From Candidatus Adlerbacteria bacterium (lineage in GTDB: Bacteria; Patescibacteriota; Minisyncoccia; Phycocordibacterales; SBAW01), in assembly GCA_903840375.1 (NCBI GenBank), contig CAIMFR010000008.1:1-39176 (forward strand): a stretch of DNA of 39,176 nucleotides, given 5' to 3'. The position numbers and the translations under genes were made by a program. This document shows, in pieces, positions 22,472 to 31,391 of the stretch. The notes under the pieces are model-generated. The model worked only from the letters and a program-made list of their open reading frames with translations, was not told the DNA's origin and did not search any database. Position 1 is the stretch's first letter. Every line of letters starts with the position of its first letter.

Positions 22472-24728
22472 CAGTGTCAGACGGTTTCATCGGCGTTTCA
22501 GAGTCTCTTTCCAATATATCGCGAGGTTTCGCACCGTCAGCAGGGCCAATGACTCCGCGTTCTTCAAGGATATCGATGATACGTGCTGCGCGCGAGTAGC
22601 CGATGCGTAGTTTTCGCTGGAGGTATGATGTCGACGCCTTTCCTGCGCTGATGACCGCTTCTCGCGCCGCTTTGTACATGTCATCATCGACGTCTCCATC
22701 GAGTCCGCCGCCATTACTGTCATCGTCTAACGAAATGCTGGTGACACCGGGGGCCGGCGCGCCAATGTCCACAGGAAGTTCGGCTTCGTTATTTTTCACG
22801 ATGAAGTCGGTGACCTTCTTAACCTCCGCCTCGCCGATGAACGCGCTCTGCAGGCGGATAGGCTTGCTCATATCACCGCCGAGGTAGAGCATGTCGCCCG
22901 CACCGAGCAGTTTTTCCGCGCCGCCCTGGTCAAGGATGGTGCGCGAATCTATCTGCGACGCCACCTGCAACGCGAGACGTGCAGGAATGTTCGCCTTGAT
23001 GAGGCCGGTAATGACGTTTACGCTCGGGCGCTGGGTGGACAATATGAGGTGTATGCCGACAGCGCGGCTCATCTGTGCCAGGCGTACGACGGCTGCTTCG
23101 AGTTCGCGCGGGTACGTCTGCATGATGTCGGCCAGCTCGTCGATGATTATTATAATGTACGGCATCCCCTCAGGCACCGGTTCGCCCTCTTCAGGTTCGC
23201 CGCCTTTGCGCAATTTTTCCAATGCCGGCGTCAAGATGTTCTGATGATAGGACTCAATGTCGCGCACATGGTTCTCCTCAAGGACAGTGTATCGGCGCTC
23301 CATTTCGCGGCCTGCCCAGCGCAACGCCATGATAGCGCGCTTCGGGTCGGTGATAACAGGCGAGAGGAGGTGCGGCAGACGGTTGTAGAGGGTGAGTTCG
23401 ACGCGTTTCGGGTCGATCATCAGGAAGCGGAGCTGTTGCGGCCCACAACGATAGAGTAGGGAATTGATGATGGTGTGGATGGTGACGGATTTACCTGAAC
23501 CAGTCGCGCCGGCGATGAGGAGGTGTGGCATCTTTGCAACATTGCCGAAATGCGACCCTCCGACAATATCTCGGCCGATAGCCATGAGAAGCGGTTTCGG
23601 CGAACTTGCAAACTCCGGCACTTGCAGCAATGTGCCGAGGCCGACCGTTACCTTTGCGGAATTCGGCACTTCTATTCCGACAAGCGACTTGCCCGGAATG
23701 GGTGCTTCGATGCGCACAGGGTGTGCGGCAAGCGCGAGTTCGAGGTTTGTCTGTAGCGATACTATTTTTTGTAGTCTGACGCCCTCAGCCGGTTTGATGG
23801 CATATCGGGTAACCGACGGTCCGATGGATATCTCGTCGAGTTCTACAACGATGCCGAAGTTTGCCAGCGTACGTTTTATGATGTTCGCATTCGCTTTTAT
23901 GTCGCCGACACCCGGGCGACCTTTATCATGTTCGAGCAATGAAAGTGGTGGAGGAACGTATTGCCCCAGGAGACTCTTCAATTTTGCGGCGGCATTTTGC
24001 GCTTTTATATTGCGATTAGACTCGGCGCGATCTTCAGATGCGGACTGGCGCGCAAGGGCTATATCTTCATCGCACTCGCTATCATCGTCTTGTGTGTCCT
24101 CGCCTGTGGTGTCTTCACCTGCTTGTACTTCGGCTTCTGCGGGCAGCTCGCCCGTAACCCTCGTGCCGGTGATCATTCTTGCAACAGAGCGCGATCCTGC
24201 CCCGATAGCTCGGCCGATAGATGCAAATACCTCAAGAGGAATCCGCCCCTCAAGGAGTATTAAAAGGGAGATGAGCGAAAGTCCGCCAAGAATAATAAGC
24301 GCGGCGTATATATCGAAGAAATGTACTATCGGGTGCGATATAAGTCCCCCGATATATCCACCGCCTTTCGCGACGATGTCTACGAATCCAAGTCCTGCAA
24401 TTATAAAAATAATGCTCGAAATTATCTTAATAGGAGCTGTGCCCGGCACTTCTTTTTCATGCAGTGTGTTCCAAGCAAGGATCAAAAAGAGGATTGGAAG
24501 CAGGAAGTATCCGATGCCGAGCAGGTAGGCGAACAAATGGTATGCATCAGTGCCTGCGACGCCGGCCGCACCGAATGCGGCAAGTATCAGGAATATCCCG
24601 ACGATACACAGAACGATCCCGACGATCGCGCGCTTGGTAGCGTCGGGCAAACCGCCCGTCGTGCTGCGAACTATCTTTTCGCTCAGTGTTTCTTCTTTTT
24701 TCCGTGCCATGTCTGTATATTCTATCAC
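22446..24728 (-). CDS. ftsK: DNA translocase FtsK/SpoIIIE
   Basis: N-terminal TM helices, an acidic linker, a motor domain (MPHLLIAGATGSGKSV Walker A, YIIIIIDELADIM Walker B, HLILSTQRPS) and a C-terminal gamma wHTH (STSYLQRKLRIGYSRAARIIDILEERG). ATG 24710 is an alternative start. Confidence 0.93.
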   Translation of the reverse strand: MIEYTDMARKKEETLSEKIVRSTTGGLPDATKRAIVGIVLCIVGIFLILAAFGAAGVAGTDAYHLFAYLLGIGYFLLPILFLILAWNTLHEKEVPGTAPIKIISSIIFIIAGLGFVDIVAKGGGYIGGLISHPIVHFFDIYAALIILGGLSLISLLILLEGRIPLEVFASIGRAIGAGSRSVARMITGTRVTGELPAEAEVQAGEDTTGEDTQDDDSECDEDIALARQSASEDRAESNRNIKAQNAAAKLKSLLGQYVPPPLSLLEHDKGRPGVGDIKANANIIKRTLANFGIVVELDEISIGPSVTRYAIKPAEGVRLQKIVSLQTNLELALAAHPVRIEAPIPGKSLVGIEVPNSAKVTVGLGTLLQVPEFASSPKPLLMAIGRDIVGGSHFGNVAKMPHLLIAGATGSGKSVTIHTIINSLLYRCGPQQLRFLMIDPKRVELTLYNRLPHLLSPVITDPKRAIMALRWAGREMERRYTVLEENHVRDIESYHQNILTPALEKLRKGGEPEEGEPVPEGMPYIIIIIDELADIMQTYPRELEAAVVRLAQMSRAVGIHLILSTQRPSVNVITGLIKANIPARLALQVASQIDSRTILDQGGAEKLLGAGDMLYLGGDMSKPIRLQSAFIGEAEVKKVTDFIVKNNEAELPVDIGAPAPGVTSISLDDDSNGGGLDGDVDDDMYKAAREAVISAGKASTSYLQRKLRIGYSRAARIIDILEERGVIGPADGAKPRDILERDSETPMKPSDTDDETATEF

Positions 24729-24809
24729 TAATCAGAATATTTTTTGCGTTTGGAGTATTACCCTATTACATTGTCTGTGATCACAACGCTCGGAAATCAA
24801 AAAATAATT

Positions 24810-24837
24810 TTGTTTCCTCACTGCGCTAGTCTATACT
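24810..24837 (+). promoter_or_regulatory. candidate promoter for the 24908 gene
   Basis: TTGTTT at 24810-24815, then a 16-nt spacer, then TATACT at 24832-24837. AGGACA-type repeats follow immediately. Confidence 0.35.
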
Positions 24838-24907
24838 GAAGGACACAGGTCTTTTAGATGTCCTACAAAAGTAATGGACTCTATAAAGGACATGTGAAAG
24901 ACACACC

Positions 24908-25675
24908 ATGTCCGATACACCATCACCATTTCATAAAACAGCGGTGTCATCAGTACTTTTTAAAGGACGAAAGGATTGGTATTTCTGTTACCTCAAGGCG
25001 GAACGCATCGCTCATGTGTTCTCGGTGTTGGCGCAGCGTGTGCACGACGCCGCTGCGGATGATGTCCGAGAGCTTGCACTTTCCTCTGCCGGCATACCCC
25101 GAGCGGTCGCGTACTTTGCTGCAGGGAATATTGATGCGGCGGAGGTGCTTGCAGATCTGTTCGCGCTACTTTCCGCAATTCGCCTCGCGGGAACCAACTG
25201 CAGTATCAGTAAAGAAAACACGTCACTGCTCGTTCATGAGTGCGAGGCTCTCGCGGAAAAGTTTTCATCGAGCGTGCATATTTCGCCATTCGTAACAACT
25301 GAAGATTTCTCGGTGGCCGAGGTTGCCACACGCACAGAGCCGCAGCCGCTTCTGTCCTCGCACTTCCACGGGTTGGGGTTGGTAACGGACCCCAACTGGC
25401 AGGTAAGGGACTCTAAAGGACAGGGTCAAAGACAGCTTAAAACAGACAAAAAGACAGCAAGTTCTTCAGGTCGGTCAGATGATGAATACACGGACAGGGC
25501 AATGAAGATTCTTGAGTGTGTTAAGAAAAGCAACGGTTTGTCCATAAAGGACATATCTGCGGTTGTCCACGAATGTGGCGAAAAGACAATACAGAGGGAA
25601 TTAGCTGTCCTTTTGCAGAAGGGACTCATCAAAAAGACGGGTGAGCGGCGTTGGAGCATCTACTTGCCCGCTTAG
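24908..25675 (+). CDS. putative DNA-binding protein with a C-terminal winged-helix domain
   Basis: 255 aa. The C-terminus ILECVKKSNGLSIKDISAVVHECGEKTIQRELAVLLQKGLIKKTGERRWSIY resembles a DeoR/MarR-style wHTH. I did not recognise the helical N-terminal domain. Confidence 0.7.
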   Translation: MSDTPSPFHKTAVSSVLFKGRKDWYFCYLKAERIAHVFSVLAQRVHDAAADDVRELALSSAGIPRAVAYFAAGNIDAAEVLADLFALLSAIRLAGTNCSISKENTSLLVHECEALAEKFSSSVHISPFVTTEDFSVAEVATRTEPQPLLSSHFHGLGLVTDPNWQVRDSKGQGQRQLKTDKKTASSSGRSDDEYTDRAMKILECVKKSNGLSIKDISAVVHECGEKTIQRELAVLLQKGLIKKTGERRWSIYLPA

Positions 25676-26005
25676 TGTATATCGTGTACTCTTTACCGCA
25701 GTGTCCGGCCATACGCTGGATATCCACAAGGCGTTATTTAAGGGCGTTTACTTAGCGTATACTTGTCGCTAAGCGTCCATATTGTAGGCGCTTGCTCGTT
25801 GACAACAACATACTTCTGAAACTCCTTGTCCAGTGATGGAAGTTACGGCTGAAATTCCTCATCTCCTTCTTGCTACCAAACGTGCCACTAAGTGTGCTCG
25901 TTCCTTTAATAGGAACGGGTGCGTATGAGTGGTACAGGGTAGAATGTGTCGTTCGATTAACAAGTAGATTACTAGCATTACTAGTTGTTCGATTTAGTTT
26001 AAATT

Positions 26006-29000
26006 ATGAATATTACCCACAGCTATTCTCGACTCATCGCAGTCACAGCTGGTGTCGCCCTTGCTTTCGCGCTTTCGCTCGGAGCAACGATGCCGGTACG
26101 TGCAGCAGCATTGAGCCAGACGCAGATCCAGTCGATCTTGTCGTTGCTCTCATCGTTCGGTGCAGACCAGGCGACGATCAACAACGTCTCCGCGTCTCTC
26201 AATGGCCAGCCGACCACCGTTACCACCACAATTGGTACGACGGGCACTGGTTCTTACACGTGGTCTACCAACCTCACAGTTGGTTCAAAGGGTGCGGATG
26301 TCTTAGCACTTCAGAAGTTCTTGAACAAGGATTCAGGAACGATGGTTGCTTCCACAGGCGCCGGCTCTCCTGGTATGGAGACTTCTACCTTCGGTCCAGC
26401 GACCAAGGCGGCAGTTATGAAATTCCAGACGAAATACGGCCTTTCACCTGTAGCCGGTTATGTCGGTGCATTGACCCGTGCAAAGCTTAATTCGCTTTAC
26501 ACGACTACAACCACCACAACCAACACGACAACTACAACCACCACAACCAACACTGCTCCGGCAGGCACCGGTCTTACGGTGAACCCGGCAGCACAGCCAG
26601 CCAATGGTCTTCTTCCGTACAGCGCATCTCGCATTTCGTTCACCAACTTCACGGTGACGGCAGGCACTGATGGCGATGTTGTCCTCAACAGCGTCACCGT
26701 GCAGCGAACAGGCTCTGCTATGGACGTCGCCTTCTCCGGTGTGGAGCTTATTGACATGACGACCGGCCTCCAGGTAGGCATCTCGCACGTGTTGAACAGC
26801 AACCACCAGGCGATCATCGGCCAGCCGGTAACTATCGCTCGCGGCACGTCGCGCACCTTCACTGTTGCTGCAAACCGCGCAACACAGGGTAACCACGGCG
26901 GTGAAATCGCTTCGTTCTCAGTCGTTGCCCTCAACACGTCAGCAACCGTAACCGGTTCGCTCCCGATTGTTGGCGCAATGCACACGGTGAACGAAACGCT
27001 CACGATAGGCTCGGTCTCAACCACGACTTCTTCGTTTGACCCGGGTTCAAACCAGACCAAGAACATCGGCGATACGAATGTCCGCTTCTCAGGCATCCGC
27101 TTCACTGCAGGTTCTGGCGAGGATCTCAAACTCCAGTCGATCAGTTGGCGTCAGACAGGCTCTGTCAGCTCGGCTGACCTTGCCAATGTCGTTACCAACA
27201 TCAACGGCGTCACTTACCCGACGACAGTTGACTCGACAGGAAAATACTTCACCACAGTTGTCCCGGCTGGCATCTTGATCGCCAAGGGTAACTCTGTTGA
27301 TGCATACATCCAGGGTGATATCATCGGTTCCAACGCAGCATCCCGCACTGCTATATTCACTGTCGACAAAGTCACCGATGTGTACTTCGTTGGTCAGTTG
27401 TATGGCTACGGCGTTGCTCCGTCCGGCACATACACTCCTTGGTTCAGTGGTTACACAACCACCATCCAGGCTGGTACGGTGTCCACGATCGGCAAGGCAA
27501 CAGAGGTTCCGGCGCAGAACATTGCGATCAACCTCTCGAACCAGCCGCTCGGTGGCTTCGTGACTAACTTCGTTGGTGAGCCGGTATCAGTTTCCGGTCA
27601 GATCTTCTACTTCGACTACAGCACTGGTGCTGCTTCAATCAGCCTCCTCACCAACGTTTCTATCGTTGACGAGAATGGTGCGGTTGTTGCAGGTCCGCAG
27701 AACGGTGTTGCAGTCTCCGGTACAGAGCAGTCCGTTACTTTCTCTGACTCCGTCACATTCCCGGTCGGCCGCCATGTCTACACTATCAAGGGAACCATTC
27801 CTTCGACGGTGGCGAACAACGTGACGATCGCGGCTTCCACCACGCCTTCAGCATGGACAAGCCCGACTGGCCAGACCTCGGGTAACACCGTTTCGGTTGG
27901 CGTAGCTAACTTCACGATGAACACCATGACGATCAAGGCGGCAGCGCTTTCCGTCACGCTCTCATCAACGCCAGCTTCGCAGAACATGGTCGCGGGCGGT
28001 CAGGGTATGACCTTCGCCAACGTGCAGCTTGATGCTTCACAGTCCGGCGAGGATGTCCGCCTCAATTCGATCCCGATGACATTGACTGTCGGCGGCACCA
28101 CAGGTGCGGTCGCAAGCTTGTCATCCTGTGCTCTCTACGATGCGACTGGCAAACAGTTGAACACTGGCAGCAATGTTCCGTCATCGCTTGCAGCAAGCGC
28201 CTCGTCCAACACCTTCACGCTTGATAATTCTCTTATCATCCCGAAGGGAACTGTCACAAACCTTACATTCAAGTGTAATGTTTCCTCGGCTGCAACAGGC
28301 ACCTATGTCTGGAGCGTCCTCGCCTCAGGCTTCACTGCTACAGGTATGACATCAGGTCAGTCTGTCACGGTTGCTTCAACCGCAGGATCTTCCGGCACAA
28401 TGACTGTCGCTTCCGCGACGCTCGCAGTTACACTCGATCCGTCCAGCCCTGCGTACACAATCGCAGCAGCAGGCTCAACAGGTGTAACGCTCGGTGTGTA
28501 CAAGTTTCACGCTACGAATGATGCAATCAATCTTACCAAGATTGGACTCAATCTGGGTGCGTTGAACACAGCATCCTTCGCGTCTTCTACGGCAGCTGAC
28601 TTGACGCAGGTTTCCCTCTGGGCAAACAATGTCCAGATCGGTACTGCAACGTTCACTGGTGCAAACCGCAGTGCAACATCGACTCTTACGTCGGTTGTCA
28701 CGGTTCCGAAAGACGGCGATCTTGTTATCACCGTCAAGGGTAACCTTGCAACACAAGGTGTATCGCAGCCTAGCCACCCAGGCGCTTACTTGGCTGTCAA
28801 CATTGATATCAATGGTGCGACCGGCAGCAAGAACACACAGGGTACTGGTGTTGGTTCTGGTATAGAAGTTGACGGTTCCGGCTCTACAGCAGTTGCAGGA
28901 GTTCGTGTCTTCAACACGTTCCCGACGATTGCAGTTCTCGCACCGTCGACAACCGCTCTTATTGCTCAGACTGGTCAGCAGCTCTTCGGATTCACCATCA

Positions 29001-29545
29001 GCGCTAACTCGACTGGCAACTTGGCACTTGATCAGATGGTCATTAACGTCGCAACCTCTTCGGTTTCGACCGCTAACGGCACCACCTCGGTCACGAACCT
29101 CAAGGTCTATGCGTACACCGACGCTGCACTTTCGAGCGCAGTCGCAGGATACACATCGGGTCTGTTGAACAGCGGCGGCAATGCACTTGCCACACTGGTG
29201 AGCGGCGGCAATAACACCGTTACTCTCGACACGATCCTCACTATCCCTGCAGGTCAGGCTTACTACTTCAAGGTGGTAGGCGATGTAGTCCAGAACGCTG
29301 GTACTACAGGCTCAGCTGGTTCGGTGACGACCAAGCTCATTGGTGATGCTTCATATCCTGACTACCTTGGTCAGCTTATGGCAACCACAAGCGGTATGAT
29401 TAGCAATGCTAATTACCACAACTTCATCTGGTCTCCATTGTCGACAACGACAACAGCGGCTACGACGAATATTGACTGGACCAACGGGTATCAGGTTCCG
29501 GGTCTCCCGTCTGCAGGTACGAACGCTTGGACTCTTACCAAGTAA
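26006..29545 (+). CDS. large secreted/cell-surface protein: signal peptide, peptidoglycan-binding domain, Thr-rich linker, long beta-rich region
   Basis: 1179 aa. The N-terminus has a hydrophobic signal (AVTAGVALAFALSLGATMPVRAAA). A PG_binding_1-like module follows (GSKGADVLALQKFLN...TFGPATKAAVMKFQTKYGL). After the T-rich linker come about 1000 aa rich in T/S/G/V/A with almost no charged residues. Confidence 0.85.
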   Translation: MNITHSYSRLIAVTAGVALAFALSLGATMPVRAAALSQTQIQSILSLLSSFGADQATINNVSASLNGQPTTVTTTIGTTGTGSYTWSTNLTVGSKGADVLALQKFLNKDSGTMVASTGAGSPGMETSTFGPATKAAVMKFQTKYGLSPVAGYVGALTRAKLNSLYTTTTTTTNTTTTTTTTNTAPAGTGLTVNPAAQPANGLLPYSASRISFTNFTVTAGTDGDVVLNSVTVQRTGSAMDVAFSGVELIDMTTGLQVGISHVLNSNHQAIIGQPVTIARGTSRTFTVAANRATQGNHGGEIASFSVVALNTSATVTGSLPIVGAMHTVNETLTIGSVSTTTSSFDPGSNQTKNIGDTNVRFSGIRFTAGSGEDLKLQSISWRQTGSVSSADLANVVTNINGVTYPTTVDSTGKYFTTVVPAGILIAKGNSVDAYIQGDIIGSNAASRTAIFTVDKVTDVYFVGQLYGYGVAPSGTYTPWFSGYTTTIQAGTVSTIGKATEVPAQNIAINLSNQPLGGFVTNFVGEPVSVSGQIFYFDYSTGAASISLLTNVSIVDENGAVVAGPQNGVAVSGTEQSVTFSDSVTFPVGRHVYTIKGTIPSTVANNVTIAASTTPSAWTSPTGQTSGNTVSVGVANFTMNTMTIKAAALSVTLSSTPASQNMVAGGQGMTFANVQLDASQSGEDVRLNSIPMTLTVGGTTGAVASLSSCALYDATGKQLNTGSNVPSSLAASASSNTFTLDNSLIIPKGTVTNLTFKCNVSSAATGTYVWSVLASGFTATGMTSGQSVTVASTAGSSGTMTVASATLAVTLDPSSPAYTIAAAGSTGVTLGVYKFHATNDAINLTKIGLNLGALNTASFASSTAADLTQVSLWANNVQIGTATFTGANRSATSTLTSVVTVPKDGDLVITVKGNLATQGVSQPSHPGAYLAVNIDINGATGSKNTQGTGVGSGIEVDGSGSTAVAGVRVFNTFPTIAVLAPSTTALIAQTGQQLFGFTISANSTGNLALDQMVINVATSSVSTANGTTSVTNLKVYAYTDAALSSAVAGYTSGLLNSGGNALATLVSGGNNTVTLDTILTIPAGQAYYFKVVGDVVQNAGTTGSAGSVTTKLIGDASYPDYLGQLMATTSGMISNANYHNFIWSPLSTTTTAATTNIDWTNGYQVPGLPSAGTNAWTLTK
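26504..26553 (+). repeat. 27-nt-period tandem duplication in the Thr-linker coding region
   Basis: ACTACAACCACCACAACCAACAC occurs at 26504-26526 and again at 26531-26553, separated by GACA. The duplication is in frame (9 aa). Confidence 0.9.
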
Positions 29546-29590
29546 TCTACGCCCAGCCGTTTAAGCCCCTGACTTAAACAAAGGACAGCA

Positions 29591-29617
29591 AAAGCCCCTC
29601 CGAAAGGAGGGGCTTTT
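29591..29617 (+). terminator. intrinsic terminator after the large surface-protein gene
   Basis: AAAGCCCCTCC-GAAA-GGAGGGGCTTTT: a GC-rich 8-bp stem flanked by A/T runs, with a GAAA tetraloop. Confidence 0.85.
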
Positions 29618-29720
29618 GCGTTTCTATATGCGCGATTTCAGTTTAAAAATTTGCTGAATGTATGTTTATTCTCTTTGTGGCAGCTTGCCCTAAACTAGTC
29701 TCGAGGTGTACCATGATCGT

Positions 29721-30524
29721 ATGGAGAAATACAAAACAACTATATTTGTCGTACTTGGGCTGGCTATTATCGCATCTATTGCTGTGTTGTGGTTTGGGCG
29801 TGTTTCGCATAAACAAACACCCGAAGCCTTGTCATCTGTTACGGTGAATAGTCTCGGTGGATCGACCACGGGCATACAAGGAGGTTCGGTGCATATGCTA
29901 CCGCAAGATAGCGCTACCGTCGCGCCAACTGTACCAATGCCAAACCTCGATCGTGCCATTCCTGCAACAACTCCAGACCTCGATGCCGCTGCATACACGC
30001 AACTACTCAAGGATATAAGTGTGGCGGTAGATGATCTCAGGAAAAATCCTGCATCCTATCAGGACTGGATCAATCTCGGTCTCGACAGGCAGATGTTGTC
30101 TGATTATGCAGGTGCAGAGGAAGTGTGGATTTATGCTACTAAACTTGCACCGCAGGGTGAAGTTGCCTTTGCAAATCTTGGCAATCTTTATGAGATTTAT
30201 TTGAAAGAATATTCGCAGTCTGAAACATACTACCAAAAGGCAATAGCCATAAATCCGGCAGATACCAATCTCTACCGCTCACTCTTTGAGCTCTATTCTG
30301 CGCACTACAAACAAGGCACGTCGGCGGCGGAAGATATTTTGAAAGAGGGAATAGCGAAGAATCCGACAGCTCTCGACCTACAAGTTTTGCTGGCGCGTCT
30401 CTATCGTGACACGTCTCGCACCACGGAAGCAAAAGCAGAATACGATGTTGCGATCAAAACCGCCACGGCAATAGGTAATACTCTGGCAGTCAGTCAACTG
30501 CAAACAGAAAAAATCGCATTCTAG
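29721..30524 (+). CDS. membrane-anchored TPR-repeat protein
   Basis: N-terminal TM helix (TTIFVVLGLAIIASIAVLWFG), then TPR-like repeats (AFANLGNLYEIYLKEYSQSETYYQKAIAINPADTNLYRSLFELY). I prefer ATG 29721 over 29706. Confidence 0.8.
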   Translation: MEKYKTTIFVVLGLAIIASIAVLWFGRVSHKQTPEALSSVTVNSLGGSTTGIQGGSVHMLPQDSATVAPTVPMPNLDRAIPATTPDLDAAAYTQLLKDISVAVDDLRKNPASYQDWINLGLDRQMLSDYAGAEEVWIYATKLAPQGEVAFANLGNLYEIYLKEYSQSETYYQKAIAINPADTNLYRSLFELYSAHYKQGTSAAEDILKEGIAKNPTALDLQVLLARLYRDTSRTTEAKAEYDVAIKTATAIGNTLAVSQLQTEKIAF

Positions 30525-30723
30525 ATTTTAGTGTAGGAATAAATCGCAGAGGTAAATATTTCCCCCAGTTTGAAAGGGTTGAAAATTCTCAGGAACCTCT
30601 CGTGGTTATCCACAAACCACACAAATAAATAAAATCGCATGGTAACTCGCGCGATATACTAGACACCAGGCTAGGTGTGTAGCCTTGTTCGTCGGGGGCT
30701 CTCTATTTAGTAACTTTAACGAT

Positions 30724-31359
30724 ATGTCATATATACGAAGCAAGGTGCGGTTTTTGGTTCTTGCGATTTTGTCCATCGGGGCGAGTCTGACCGTCGGTGC
30801 GGCAGTGGTTGCTGCGGCAACGACTATTAGTACGAATATTCAGACAGACGGCACACTTAGTGTGACAGGCGCGTCGACATTGACCGGTTTAGTTACAATG
30901 AGCGGTGCAGCGACAGTCGGCACGACGCTTAATGTTACAGGCGCAACGACGCTCAGCACAGTTGAGGTAACTGGTGCCGTAACCCTCGACTCCTCGGCAT
31001 CGGTCGGCACGTCGCTTACAGTTGGTACTACTGCAAGCACAAGCAAACTTATAGTTGGAGGCGATTCTGCTGACGGTACGATAAGCGGCATTGTGACGGG
31101 GTACTGCAATATAGCGGCGGTCGGATCGTTCAATGCGTCGACCACGCAAGCAGTGACTTGTGCCAATGCAACCGGTCTGCGAGCCGGTGATCGTGTGTTT
31201 GTCCAAGCAACAAGCTCCCTGCAAACTAACTTCATCATTCAGTACGCATCCACTACGGCAGCCGGTGGCGCTATCACCGTTGGAATTTTAAACGACGGTA
31301 TCGGTACTGCTGTGAATAGCATGACAGCCACCTCTCTCAACTTCTGGGCGGTTCGATAG
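30724..31359 (+). CDS. secreted protein with T/G/V-rich short repeats (hypothetical)
   Basis: Signal-like N-terminus (VRFLVLAILSIGASLTVGAAVVAAA), then reiterated (L/V)xVTGAxTLxG-type units. I prefer ATG 30724. Confidence 0.65.
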   Translation: MSYIRSKVRFLVLAILSIGASLTVGAAVVAAATTISTNIQTDGTLSVTGASTLTGLVTMSGAATVGTTLNVTGATTLSTVEVTGAVTLDSSASVGTSLTVGTTASTSKLIVGGDSADGTISGIVTGYCNIAAVGSFNASTTQAVTCANATGLRAGDRVFVQATSSLQTNFIIQYASTTAAGGAITVGILNDGIGTAVNSMTATSLNFWAVR

Positions 31360-31391
31360 TAAGTGCGCATTATTACTAACCTATCTCTGAT

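Noticed and set aside
23464-24528. A 354-aa plus-strand ORF (and other 60-140-aa ORFs) opposite ftsK
   Set aside because: It is antisense to a gene with clear Walker A/B and FtsK-gamma motifs. The product is Ser/Pro/Ala/Arg-rich with no motifs, so I treat it as a shadow ORF.
25870-26490. A 206-aa plus-strand ORF overlapping the start of the large surface-protein gene
   Set aside because: It is in a different frame from the 1179-aa ORF, which has a proper signal peptide and a PG-binding domain. It also begins at a non-ATG codon (TTG), has no SD, and its composition is Cys/Arg-rich and unprotein-like.
30606-30614. A perfect DnaA box TTATCCACA (plus near-matches at 25720-25728 and 12527-12535) as a sign of a replication origin
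   Set aside because: The boxes are isolated and kilobases apart. There is no cluster, no adjacent AT-rich unwinding element, and no dnaA or dnaN nearby.
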